Source: Desulfomicrobium sp.
GTDB lineage: Bacteria; Desulfobacterota; Desulfovibrionia; Desulfovibrionales; Desulfomicrobiaceae
Direction of reading: 5' to 3'
DNA: 64,000 nucleotides
NCBI GenBank assembly: GCA_040768745.1
Contig: JAXGMI010000002.1
Coordinates: forward strand, 352,001-416,000
Position numbers and translations under genes: made by a program. The notes beneath the pieces are model-generated. The model searched no databases, was not told the origin of the DNA, and saw only the letters and a list, made by a program, of their open reading frames with translations. This document shows, in pieces, positions 11,479 through 20,797 of this stretch (the first letter of the stretch is position 1; every line of letters begins with the position of its first letter).

Positions 11479-12300
11479 CTAGTGCGCCTCGGGTTTGCGG
11501 ATTTCAGCCTTGACCAGGACATTGCGCACCTTCGATCTGTACGGCAGCAGGGCCTGACCCTCCAGCGGTTCCAATCCGGCGTTTTGGGCCGCCTCCACAA
11601 AAACAGGCAGCATGCGGTTGCCGCAGGCATCCAAAACCATCTGGGCCGCCTCGCCGGCCTCGGCAGGGGTGATGCGGGTCATGGCCCCGCCCTCGCCCGC
11701 GTAAGCGGAGACGACAATGCGGATCAGGTGGTCGGCGTGGGACCGGGTCAGGGAGATGCTCCGGTTCAGATCCTCGAGATCGATGGGACCACCGGCAACA
11801 GTCGGATACAAGCGGGACGGGGCCACAATGTCCAGGACCATGCGGGAAACCGTTCCTTCGTCCAGAATGGTCTTCAGCAGGTCCGAGCGACGTCCGTCCG
11901 AACGCAGCTGCACGGTCAGACCGCCCTTGGCCAGCACCCGGATCAATGTCGAGAAATTCTCTTCCTGCCCTGCGGGACAGGCCGAAACATTGAGACCGGA
12001 AATCCATCCATGGAGCAGCTCGCTGCGGGTCACGCAGCTCTCCAGGACCCGGCCGGACAGGAGGTAGGCCAGAATTTCGCCCGTGCCCTGCTTGATGACA
12101 TTGCCGTCATCGAAGATAGGGAACTCCACTCCCTCGGGGTTGCGGTAGATGGAGGACCGGTTGGCCCGGTAGTAGTTGTTGAAAATATCCTTGTCTTCCT
12201 TGAAATCGTAAGCTGTGTAGCCTTGGCCGCGCTTGGCCAGGAACTCCTTGACGATCTTGCAACGCAGGCAGTTGGGCGCAGTATACAGTGTAATGCTCAT
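11479..12300 (-). CDS. Glutaredoxin-like CxxC domain fused to degenerate NrdG/PflA-like barrel
   Basis: N-terminal LYTAPNCLRC; C-terminal half resembles activating-enzyme barrels (VQLRSDG..MVLDIVAP..Y) but has no CxxxCxxC. Confidence 0.7.
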   Translation of the reverse strand: MSITLYTAPNCLRCKIVKEFLAKRGQGYTAYDFKEDKDIFNNYYRANRSSIYRNPEGVEFPIFDDGNVIKQGTGEILAYLLSGRVLESCVTRSELLHGWISGLNVSACPAGQEENFSTLIRVLAKGGLTVQLRSDGRRSDLLKTILDEGTVSRMVLDIVAPSRLYPTVAGGPIDLEDLNRSISLTRSHADHLIRIVVSAYAGEGGAMTRITPAEAGEAAQMVLDACGNRMLPVFVEAAQNAGLEPLEGQALLPYRSKVRNVLVKAEIRKPEAH

Positions 12301-12312
12301 GATCGCATCTCC

Positions 12313-12346
12313 AAAAAAAGCGGGAGAGGTCGGAGCCCTCTCCCGC
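12313..12346 (-). terminator. Intrinsic terminator-like hairpin after arylsulfotransferase gene
   Basis: Minus strand GCGGGAGAGG-loop-CCTCTCCCGC followed by T7. Confidence 0.7.
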
Positions 12347-12353
12347 AACGGGA

Positions 12354-13805
12354 TTATTTCTTATCGTCATCGTCAACAGAGGCCACGCACAGGGCGTTGC
12401 TTCCGCCGTAGGGCACACATCCGTCCACGGTCACTTCCTTGGCGCGATCGCCCAGGGCCGCAGCGCCGGGTACGCGGAAGGAAAACACATCCAGGGGCTT
12501 GATGGGCGTTTCGGCGGGCTTCTTGACCTGCGGAACCCACTCGTAGGGTACCCGGTAGGCGCGGTACGTCATGTTCATGGGGACGTGTTTACCCCAGTAT
12601 GGGGAGATGAACTCCCACACGATCTTGTGGTCCGGGGTGACCTCGAACACGCGGCCATCGGAGCCTTCGGTGATCAGGGTGTTGCCGTTGGGCAGGCGCT
12701 GCATGCCGCTGATGAAGGGGCTGTAGAAACGATTGCTGTCCATGGGGAAGAGGAAGCCGGCCTCGCTGGGCGTGTACTGCCAGACAATCTTCATGGCCAC
12801 CGGGTCGATCTCCAGGACGCGGGAATAGTCGCGCAGGGCGGCCTTCACGCCCGTGGGGGATCCGGGGTTGGGCACGTCGTAGCCGCCCCATCCGCCGTTG
12901 TCGAAGATCAGGATGTTCCCGGCTCCCGGCAGCCCGGCCGGAATCATGTGGCAGTGGTGCTGGCCGATAATCCAGCCGATGGCCTTGAGCTCGGGCGTGG
13001 AGTCATAGTCGGGGCCCAGCTTCCAGACCACCTTGCCGCTCTTCTTGTCGATGATGAAGGTGATGTTGGCTTCGCGGCCGTCGACAATGATGTTGTCCGG
13101 GTGGAAGCGCTGGTCGCCGGCGTCGTACCACTTGTTGGGCCCCAGGACGGACATGGAGTTGATGTGCATCCAGTCGCCCATGCCCTCGGGCTTGGTCGGG
13201 CGGTAGTTGGGGTTGCGGGCCAGGGTGTTCTTGGGGCCCTCGCGGAAGCCAAACTCCTCGAAGTGCTCGTGACAGTTCCACTCCCAGACGATCTCACCTT
13301 CCCAGTTCACCTCCAGGATGAGGTCGTCCAGGAGCTGCTTGTCGGAAATGGCGGAATTGCGGGCGTTGCGGTGGGCCAGGACCAGGGTGTTGCCGGAGTC
13401 GGTCTTGGGCTCCATGCCCGGGGCGTAGTAGCCGACGGGATTGCCCTCGCGCTGGAAGTCATGATGGTAGCGGGCTATCCAGCGGCCCTCGTAGCCCGGG
13501 TCCTCGATGAACTCGTTCTGGTCGAACTTCCAGACGACCTTGCCTTCCCAGTCGACCTGAACCACGTCAATGCCGTCCTGGACGCTGAACTTGCCATCCC
13601 GTCGGCCGCGGCTGGTCATCAGGTAGCCGCCGGGGAAGATCTTATTGGGCATGCCGAGCACGCCTTTCCAGACGTTGACCTCGCGGCCGTTCATGTCCAT
13701 GAGCACGGCGCCCACTTCCTGGGCCTGAAAAATGGTGAGCCCGTTCCAGCACTTCTCGGGATCATAAACTGTTACGCCAGTAGGATAAATTGTCGGATGA
13801 CCCAT
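12354..13805 (-). CDS. Arylsulfotransferase (ASST family beta-propeller), no signal peptide
   Basis: HHDFQRE, DWMHINS, GQHHCH, FDNG, SGMQRLPNGNTLITEG and repeated G.VVW blades. Confidence 0.85.
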   Translation of the reverse strand: MGHPTIYPTGVTVYDPEKCWNGLTIFQAQEVGAVLMDMNGREVNVWKGVLGMPNKIFPGGYLMTSRGRRDGKFSVQDGIDVVQVDWEGKVVWKFDQNEFIEDPGYEGRWIARYHHDFQREGNPVGYYAPGMEPKTDSGNTLVLAHRNARNSAISDKQLLDDLILEVNWEGEIVWEWNCHEHFEEFGFREGPKNTLARNPNYRPTKPEGMGDWMHINSMSVLGPNKWYDAGDQRFHPDNIIVDGREANITFIIDKKSGKVVWKLGPDYDSTPELKAIGWIIGQHHCHMIPAGLPGAGNILIFDNGGWGGYDVPNPGSPTGVKAALRDYSRVLEIDPVAMKIVWQYTPSEAGFLFPMDSNRFYSPFISGMQRLPNGNTLITEGSDGRVFEVTPDHKIVWEFISPYWGKHVPMNMTYRAYRVPYEWVPQVKKPAETPIKPLDVFSFRVPGAAALGDRAKEVTVDGCVPYGGSNALCVASVDDDDKK

Positions 13806-13908
13806 GATGCACTCCTTTTTTGTTGTGTGAAAGAAAGCCCGAACAAATCGGGAACATCCTTGACTTGCAGTATTTGTGATATGTCTAGTTGCAAAAAAAA
13901 TTTGGCGC

Positions 13909-13924
13909 TGTTGCGTTTCTTACA
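13909..13924. promoter_or_regulatory. Crp/Fnr-like box upstream of ASST operon
   Basis: TGTTG-CGTTTC-TTACA, similar to TGTGA-N6-TCACA and to the box at 15171. Confidence 0.45.
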
Positions 13925-14336
13925 CTTGACCGCAAAAATTTTTATTTTCCTTTTTGCAGGGAGGGTGAGTGCACGTTCAGGCAAAGCGTCCCGGACGTCT
14001 CATGCTGTTTGGGATGGAGATATGCAGGCTTGACTGGAGGGTCTGAACCCGATGCGGGATTCCCGGTTTTTTCGTTTCCGGACAAGAGGTGAGAGCGTGC
14101 CCACAGAATGGTCCATCCCCCCTGGCGAGATTGCCGGCGGGAATCTCGGATTGGACAATACAACAAGAGGGGACGCGCAGTGTGGACCGGTTCGGCAGGT
14201 TCATTAGCGCTGCCGCCCGGGACTGCACCCGGCTGCCAGAACATGGCATGAGGCAAGGGAATGGCGTCAGGCCTTGCTTTACCCTGCCTTCGTTGAGCAG
14301 GGCAGTGCAGGAGAGATGATCGAGGGCGGAGCGGAC

Positions 14337-15041
14337 CTATTCGTTGTGAAAAACCAACTCCCTGAAACGATCCTTGTCCAGGATATACACTTCGCTCCGC
14401 GAATACGGGCTGAGGACTCCTTCCTTCTCCAGCTCCCGCAGGGCCTTGTTCAGGGTGACCCGGTGGACCCCGAGCAGGTTGGCCAGTTCCTGCTGATTGA
14501 GGCCCGGAGACACGAATTGCGCCCCTCCTTCCTGGTCCTGTTCGTTCTGGCGGAGGTGCAGGAATTTGCAGATGCGCGAGGAGAGGTCATCAAGGCTGAG
14601 ACAGACAGTCTGGTTGCTCAAAATGCGCACTTTCAAGGCCAGAGTTTTCAATAAGGCCAGCATCAGGTCCGGATGGCGCGGCAGGATTTCTGACATGACG
14701 CACTGGCGCGAAAAGGAATACGCTATACAATCACTGGCCGCGACCATTGTACTCCTGGGCGCAAGTTCATCAAAAAATGGCGTTTCACCGAAAAGCGAGT
14801 CCCCTCCGATGGCCCAGATGATTTTTTCCCTTCCGTCCATGGAGGAACGGGTCAGCCAGATTTCCCCTCGATCCAGGAAGAACAGGGCCCGCGGCCCGAT
14901 GTTTCCTGGATAGACCTGGGTCCCTTTCGGGAACTTCATCCTTCTGCCCTGCGAGAGGACCTTGCGCCAGCATGCGGCCTGCGCTGGAATGCGGCAGAAC
15001 TCCAGTTCCTGGCGGCACACTTCCCGTTCTTTCTCAGTCAT
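14337..15041 (-). CDS. Crp/Fnr family transcriptional regulator
   Basis: cNMP-binding-like domain (FGETPFFD..R) and HTH LNQQELANLLGVHRVTLNKALREL. Confidence 0.9.
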   Translation of the reverse strand: MTEKEREVCRQELEFCRIPAQAACWRKVLSQGRRMKFPKGTQVYPGNIGPRALFFLDRGEIWLTRSSMDGREKIIWAIGGDSLFGETPFFDELAPRSTMVAASDCIAYSFSRQCVMSEILPRHPDLMLALLKTLALKVRILSNQTVCLSLDDLSSRICKFLHLRQNEQDQEGGAQFVSPGLNQQELANLLGVHRVTLNKALRELEKEGVLSPYSRSEVYILDKDRFRELVFHNE

Positions 15042-15170
15042 GTTCCGCTTCCTACATGTATAGACAGGTCCCGTCAAAGGGCCGATGCACATTTCAGTCA
15101 GCGTTCACGATCATCGGAAACCACCCCGAGCTGCTGCAAAAATGCATTTTTTCAGAATGTTCGTGAAAAT

Positions 15171-15214
15171 TGTGGCAATTGTTACAGCATGAAAGGGTCG
15201 CCCGTTTTTATTGT
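15171..15214 (+). promoter_or_regulatory. Crp/Fnr-like box and candidate -10 of the transporter promoter
   Basis: TGTGG-CAATTG-TTACA at 15171-15186 and TATTGT at 15209-15214, consistent with class II (-41.5) spacing. Confidence 0.55.
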
Positions 15215-15244
15215 CGGCCAACACTTTTTTTCAAGGAGATACCC

Positions 15245-16648
15245 ATGGCTGCAAACCCACCCGTAATAGAAAAAGGAACCCTGCTCAAATGGGCGTTGAG
15301 CCTCGCTGTTCCCCTCATCGTCTACTTCGCCCTGCCCGTGGATGGCACCACCGTGACCAAACCCATGGCCATGTTCCTGGCCATCACCGCGTGGGCGGTC
15401 ACGGTCTGGGCCACAGATATCATCAACGAAATCGCCGTGGGCTTGGCCCTGCCCGTACTGTACATCGTCTTCTGCGGGGTCAAGCAGCAGGTCGTGTACA
15501 CGCCGTGGCTGTCCGAAGTGCCCATCATTGTCATCGGCGGATTTGCCCTGGGCAAGATTCTGCAGGACACGGGTCTGGGCAAACGCATCGGGCTGACCTG
15601 CGTAAGGGCCATGGGCGGCAGCTTTATCGGCGCCCTGTGGGGCCTGACCCTGGCTGTGTTCATCGTCGCCCCCCTGGTCCCGGCCGTTATGGGCAAGGCG
15701 GCCATTTTCTGCGCCATCGCCATCAGCCTGTGCGAGGCACTCGATTTCAAGGAGAAGAGCCGCGAGGCCACAGCGGTGGTCCTGGCCGCCTGTCTGGCCG
15801 TCATGTCCACCAAGGTCTGCTACCTGACCGGCGGTGCCGACAACGTCCTGGGCATGGGCCTGATAGAAAAGATCACGAACACCAAGACGACGTGGATGGA
15901 ATACGCCTACCACAACTTCCTGCCCGGAACACTGTACACCATCATGTCCCTGGTGCTCGTCACCCTCCTGCTGCCGTCCAAGGTGGACTCCAAAACCCTG
16001 CAACCTGTCCTGGAAGCCAAACTCAAGGAAATGGGCCCCGTAACGCGTGAACAGAAGACCGCGGCCGTGCTCATGCTGCTGACCCTGGTCCTGCTGGCCA
16101 CGGACAAACTGCACGGCGTTGCGGCAGGATTGGTGCTCATTCTGGTCACCTTTGCGGCCTTTTTGCCAGGCGTCAATCTGCTGAACGGAGCTCGGTTTGG
16201 AAAGATCAATTTCGCCCCGCTGTTCTTCGTCATGGGCTGCATGACCATCGGCAGCGCCGGCGGAGCCCTCAAGGTCACCGAATGGGTCGCCAACGGCCTG
16301 CTGCCCTATTTCCACGACATGAGCAGCTCCTATGCCAGCGCCACGGCCTACGTCTTCGGCGTGGCGGTCAATTTCCTGCTCACCCCCTTGGCCGCAGTCA
16401 CGACCATGACCTCGCCCCTGACCGAACTCGGCGTAAAATTGGGCATGGATCCCCGCATGCTTTACTACTCCTTCGCGTACGGCCTGGACAATATCATCTT
16501 CCCTTACGAATACGCGGTGCCATTGTATTTCTTCAGCACGGGCTACATTGTTTTCAAAGACTTCATCAAAGTGATGGCCGTGCGCATGGTTCTGGCCGGG
16601 GTGTTCATTGCGTTTGTCGCCATCCCCTACTGGAAATTCGTGCTCTAG
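15245..16648 (+). CDS. DASS/SLC13 family anion transporter (sodium:sulfate/dicarboxylate symporter-like)
   Basis: Multi-TM protein with TGLGKRIG and YLTGGADN motifs; AAGGAG RBS. Confidence 0.8.
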   Translation: MAANPPVIEKGTLLKWALSLAVPLIVYFALPVDGTTVTKPMAMFLAITAWAVTVWATDIINEIAVGLALPVLYIVFCGVKQQVVYTPWLSEVPIIVIGGFALGKILQDTGLGKRIGLTCVRAMGGSFIGALWGLTLAVFIVAPLVPAVMGKAAIFCAIAISLCEALDFKEKSREATAVVLAACLAVMSTKVCYLTGGADNVLGMGLIEKITNTKTTWMEYAYHNFLPGTLYTIMSLVLVTLLLPSKVDSKTLQPVLEAKLKEMGPVTREQKTAAVLMLLTLVLLATDKLHGVAAGLVLILVTFAAFLPGVNLLNGARFGKINFAPLFFVMGCMTIGSAGGALKVTEWVANGLLPYFHDMSSSYASATAYVFGVAVNFLLTPLAAVTTMTSPLTELGVKLGMDPRMLYYSFAYGLDNIIFPYEYAVPLYFFSTGYIVFKDFIKVMAVRMVLAGVFIAFVAIPYWKFVL

Positions 16649-16918
16649 GGCTGGTCAGCACCAGCTGGCTGTTCGGACAGTCACCCTGCCCGGAACGCCT
16701 TTTACCAACTCTTTGTTGATACGACTTCATGCCTTGCATCGCCCCAGCCTTTTTGGCCGGGGCGATTTTTTTGCCGCGTGTTCCGGATCCATTGGCGAAA
16801 AGGCGCCGGCTTTTCGCACAGGTCGCCTTGGCGCATGCGAAGATATCCCGGCGGAATGGATACGTCCTGGACCGGGGACCCCAACCGCCCGCCGAGGCCC
16901 GCCCTCGGCCGATCGATT

Positions 16919-16956
16919 TGTGCGCTGCACTTGAATATGTGCGCTGCACTTGAATA
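16919..16956. repeat. Perfect 19-bp tandem duplication TGTGCGCTGCACTTGAATA x2
   Basis: Direct reading. Confidence 0.9.
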
Positions 16957-17021
16957 TCGTTGAAATGAGGGGCAGAATGCACTTGTTCTCAACATCCAAA
17001 AACTCACGCACTGGAGGTCAC

Positions 17022-17540
17022 ATGGAGTTCATGGACGTCATCCATACCCGCAGGAGCATCCGCAAGTATCTGAACAAACCCGTATCGTCGGCGATGGTGG
17101 AGACCATCCTCAAGGCGGCCATGGCTGCCCCCACGGCCGGGAATCAGCAGCCATGGCACTTCATCGTCATCACCGACCGTGCCAGGCTCGACGCCATTCC
17201 TGACTTCCATCCCTACAGCAAAATGGTCAAACAGACACCCGTGGCCGTGCTCGTCTGCGGCGACCCCGAAGGAAAAAAGTGGCCGACATTCTGGGAGCAG
17301 GACGCCAGCGCCGCCACGCAGAACATGCTTCTCGCGGCCCGTGACCTGGGTCTGGGCACGGTCTGGGTCGGGGTGTATCCGGATCAGAACAGAATGAGTG
17401 GATTTCGCAAGCTGCTCAATATCCCCGACAGCATCATCCCCTTCGCCCTGATCCCCATTGGGTGGCCAGATGAAGATTTCGTGGCCAAAGACAGCTTCCG
17501 GCCTGATCTCATCCACCACGAAACCTGGGAAGCAAAATAA
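17022..17540 (+). CDS. Nitroreductase family protein
   Basis: RRSIRKY, APTAGNQQPW, GLGTVWVG; GGAGG RBS. Confidence 0.9.
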   Translation: MEFMDVIHTRRSIRKYLNKPVSSAMVETILKAAMAAPTAGNQQPWHFIVITDRARLDAIPDFHPYSKMVKQTPVAVLVCGDPEGKKWPTFWEQDASAATQNMLLAARDLGLGTVWVGVYPDQNRMSGFRKLLNIPDSIIPFALIPIGWPDEDFVAKDSFRPDLIHHETWEAK

Positions 17541-17690
17541 AATATGGGCTGGAATCGAGCGATACGCGCACATTCAGCACGCATCCAATCCATTCCAGCC
17601 CATTCCCTCCATTCATCCCTTTGCCTGCTCCGCTGACCGTGAATTGACACCGCACAGTGGCGGAGACCGACATACCGGCTCGAAACAGAA

Positions 17691-17711
17691 AAGCCGGGAC
17701 ATGCCCGGCTT
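17691..17711. terminator. Hairpin between convergent genes
   Basis: AAGCCGGG-acatg-CCCGGCTT. Confidence 0.5.
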
Positions 17712-17738
17712 CAGAAGAAATTGTGCCTGGCTAGGCCG

Positions 17739-18152
17739 CTATCTCCCCGCGTGCGCCCCGGCCTCCCGGATGCGCTCGGCCACATAGCTGACCAGTTCCT
17801 CGTCGGCCTCGTCCACGTTGAAACACCTGGCGTCCTCCCCCAGAATGCCCTGGGGCACCCAATCGCCATGGTTCCCCCGGTCCGTGACCATGTCCTCGTA
17901 AAAGCAGACTGACAACCAGCGCAGCTCCGGATCGTCGTCAATGACGTCGATGAGCACGAAGAGTTCCCGCTGATGATCGGGATGCGAACCGCGCAAGGAA
18001 TAGGTGATGCCGGGACGGGCCTTGAACGAGATGACAACGCCGCCGACAGATTCCAGGGCCTGACGAAAGGTTAAAAACGCGGCTTTGGCATCGCAGTTCT
18101 CCCACTCTGAGGTGAACGCCTCCAGTTCCGCCAGAGTATTTTCCATGTTCAT
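17739..18152 (-). CDS. Conserved hypothetical protein
   Basis: Protein-like composition (RPGITYSLR, WLSVCFYEDM); AAGGA upstream. Confidence 0.7.
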   Translation of the reverse strand: MNMENTLAELEAFTSEWENCDAKAAFLTFRQALESVGGVVISFKARPGITYSLRGSHPDHQRELFVLIDVIDDDPELRWLSVCFYEDMVTDRGNHGDWVPQGILGEDARCFNVDEADEELVSYVAERIREAGAHAGR

Positions 18153-18170
18153 TCCGTGTCCTTCATGGGA

Positions 18171-18620
18171 TCATTCAACGATTTCCCGGGCTTGAGAGGT
18201 GAAGGAAATGCCCTGTCCTGACTGGGCGCCGATCATGATGGACTCCACCACCGGAGGGCTCATGGGCACATCGGATTCCCAGCGAACCAGAAAATTGGCT
18301 CCAGACCCTCCCGCTGTATCCCGCTCCTGGATGACATAGCGGATCGAGGCCAGGGGACCCAGGGTCACTGGCGCAGACAGGTAATGCCGGATGGGGGCCC
18401 CTTCGGTGTTGTAGTAGTCCACTGTCGTCAGACGCAGGCCATGACGGGGGTCCGTGTTGCGCACGGACAAGGTTGCGGCCAGATTGAACGGCCGCTCACG
18501 GTCCCCGATGTAGATGTGCGAATAGACAGGCACATACAAAAGCTGTCCCGGGGACAACTCGGCAGACCACGCTGTCATCGGAAACAGTCCCAGGAACAAC
18601 AGGAACCAACGCATGCTCAT
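18171..18620 (-). CDS. Exported protein, DUF3124-like
   Basis: Signal peptide; YVPVYSHIY, LSVRNTD, GGSGANFLVRW, GISFTS. Confidence 0.8.
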   Translation of the reverse strand: MSMRWFLLFLGLFPMTAWSAELSPGQLLYVPVYSHIYIGDRERPFNLAATLSVRNTDPRHGLRLTTVDYYNTEGAPIRHYLSAPVTLGPLASIRYVIQERDTAGGSGANFLVRWESDVPMSPPVVESIMIGAQSGQGISFTSQAREIVE

Positions 18621-18652
18621 CTCCTTCCTTGCCCGGATAGCAAGGGTTGCCT

Positions 18653-19063
18653 TCAGGATTTGATCTCGTCCATGCTGGGGATGCGGTTCTTGGGCGCTTC
18701 GGATTCGTAGCTGTAGGTGTGGCTGAAGGGAGTCATGACTTCCAGTGCCTGCTCCAGGGTTGCGCCCTCGGCCATCAGCTTTTCCATTTTGGCCCGCTCC
18801 CGCCACATGTCGCCCAATGGATCGTGCTCCTTGTTCTTGATGGGCTTGACCACCTTTTCCCAGTCATAGGGGTCTGCCTCTTCCTTGGGGACCAGCTCCC
18901 AGTATTCTCCGGCCTTGCGCACCTTGTCCGGCCGGGCAGACGCTGCCTCGTCCAGAATTTCCGTGAACCGGGGCAGATCTTCGTCCCACAAGGAGACAAC
19001 CGCCTCGGGTTTCTTCACCACTTCCCCTTCCGTGCACCGATAGACCAAATAGGCTTTCGACAT
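18653..19063 (-). CDS. Hypothetical protein
   Basis: GAGG RBS; charged protein-like ORF packed between same-strand genes. Confidence 0.6.
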   Translation of the reverse strand: MSKAYLVYRCTEGEVVKKPEAVVSLWDEDLPRFTEILDEAASARPDKVRKAGEYWELVPKEEADPYDWEKVVKPIKNKEHDPLGDMWRERAKMEKLMAEGATLEQALEVMTPFSHTYSYESEAPKNRIPSMDEIKS

Positions 19064-19092
19064 TTGTTCCTCGCAGCAAGACGTTGATACAA

Positions 19093-19608
19093 TTACATAC
19101 CCATGCACACCATGGCCATGGATACGGCCGGACGGCTGTAGTCCCGGCGTGTCACCCGGCCACGGCTCAAAATACCGATAACACCCTGGGCATAGCCGAT
19201 GCGGGCATTGTCCGACAGGCCGGCGCGCTGCACGGCGGGATCCAACTCCAGTCCCTCCTCCACCATCAGGCGGGTCATCTCGTCCGGGAGTTCAAAGGCC
19301 GGTCCCAGTCCCACATACATTTCCTGACCGTCGAAAATGGCGCAGGCCGTCAAATTCATGTATCCGGTGCGGGATTCAGGAACCGGAACGAGTCCTGATT
19401 CCAGGGCCACAGCCAGATCGCAGTCGGCAAACGCGGCCCTGGCCCGGTTCTTGGCCCCGCGCAGGGTCTCGGCCAGTCCCAGAGGCTGGACCGAAACCCC
19501 CGAATCCACGTTCGCCGGCGTGAAACGGGCATCCGGAAAGCGGGTCGTCATGACTTCCCGTATGGCGGCCACTTTCACCGGATTGAGGGATCCGATCCTG
19601 ATGATCAT
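19093..19608 (-). CDS. yjjX: Inosine/xanthosine triphosphatase (YjjX family)
   Basis: GSLNPVK, SGVSVQP, GAKNRA, GVIGILS..R. Confidence 0.85.
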   Translation of the reverse strand: MIIRIGSLNPVKVAAIREVMTTRFPDARFTPANVDSGVSVQPLGLAETLRGAKNRARAAFADCDLAVALESGLVPVPESRTGYMNLTACAIFDGQEMYVGLGPAFELPDEMTRLMVEEGLELDPAVQRAGLSDNARIGYAQGVIGILSRGRVTRRDYSRPAVSMAMVCMGM

Positions 19609-19678
19609 TCCTGTTCCACCTCCACGCAGCCCTTGCCAGCCATGAGAGGCTCTGCCATGAACAAGACAGGAGGGCGGC

Positions 19679-19879
19679 ATGCAACGCACCCTGATCCTCA
19701 TCGGACTGGCACTTCTTGTGGTTGGCTTGGCTTGGCCTGTTCTCGGCAAGCTCCCTTTGGGGCGGCTGCCCGGAGACATCGTCATCGACCGGCCAGGGTT
19801 CAAATTCTATTTCCCTCTGACCACGGGCATCGTGGTCAGTCTTGTTCTCACGCTCCTGGCCTGGCTCTTCAGAAAGTGA
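19679..19879 (+). CDS. Small membrane protein, DUF2905-like
   Basis: LGRLPGDI..FYFPLTT motif. Confidence 0.8.
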   Translation: MQRTLILIGLALLVVGLAWPVLGKLPLGRLPGDIVIDRPGFKFYFPLTTGIVVSLVLTLLAWLFRK

Positions 19880-20213
19880 TGATTTGGTACCCAGCGTTTA
19901 GATATGCGCCCATGGACGGATGCCCGTTCATGTCCCCAATCAAGGGCACGCCGGCATCCTGCACGGCCTTGTCCACCCCGAGCTTGACGGAACATGCCTT
20001 GCACGCCCCGTCCAGCAGCTCTTTTTCCCGCACCTGGGCAAAGAGGTTGGCCAGAGGGTGTTCGGGTTTGACCATGGCCGGCGCCAGCTGCACCGAACCG
20101 CCTTCCATGACGATGCGCACATCACAGCCCCTTTTGTGCAGATCCAGGGCGTTCAGCAGTACATGGATGAAGCACATGGGGTCGCCGTTGAATACGAACA
20201 GGGCTGTTTTCAT
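19869..20213 (-). CDS. DsrE-family protein
   Basis: CFIHVLLNAL, VMEG, ACKACS, GHPSM, GYQIITF. Confidence 0.75.
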   Translation of the reverse strand: MKTALFVFNGDPMCFIHVLLNALDLHKRGCDVRIVMEGGSVQLAPAMVKPEHPLANLFAQVREKELLDGACKACSVKLGVDKAVQDAGVPLIGDMNGHPSMGAYLNAGYQIITF

Positions 20214-20225
20214 GGGGTTCCTCCC

Positions 20226-20669
20226 TTAAAATTTCCGGATCAGGATGACGCCTGCCAGAAGCAGCATCGCTCCGAGCACGCGCCACAGGGTCATGGGTTG
20301 GGCCGGAATGCCGAGCCACCCGTAGTGATCCATGACCAGCGACATGGCCATCTGGCCGGCAATGAGCAAGGCCATGACGCTCATGGCCCCGAGGCGCGGC
20401 ACGGCCAGGATGGTCATGGTCACGAAAAAGGCGCCCATGGGACCCGCGGTCCACAGCCACCAGGGCAGGTCGGACACGGTTTTCCAGGCCGGCCAGGGCA
20501 GGCGCAGGGCGACACAAATGAGGCCCAGGGCCATGGTCCCTGTCAGAAAGGAAAAAAAAGAGGCCAGATACGGGCTCTGCATCCACTGCGCTGTCACCGC
20601 GTTCACGGCCGGCTGGACAGGCATGAGGCACCCGGCCAGGAGTGTCAAGATGAGAATCACGGCGTCCAT
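20226..20669 (-). CDS. DMT-family (YdcZ/DUF606-like) membrane protein
   Basis: QPAVNA, PWWLWTAG, GQMAMSLVMDHYG. Confidence 0.8.
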   Translation of the reverse strand: MDAVILILTLLAGCLMPVQPAVNAVTAQWMQSPYLASFFSFLTGTMALGLICVALRLPWPAWKTVSDLPWWLWTAGPMGAFFVTMTILAVPRLGAMSVMALLIAGQMAMSLVMDHYGWLGIPAQPMTLWRVLGAMLLLAGVILIRKF

Positions 20670-20797
20670 TCGTCCTCCCTGCCCACGATTGCTCCCCACG
20701 AAGGGCTCTGATACGGAAAGCCGTGCGCGTGATCAAGGCCAGCTGCCTGGGACCACGTCATCCCACTTCCACATCGCCCCATACATTCGGAGTCGCC

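Noticed and set aside
13925..14336. sRNA or riboswitch in the assT-crp gap
   Set aside because: Only short hairpins (e.g. GAGATT..AATCTC near 14127-14148); no family recognisable.
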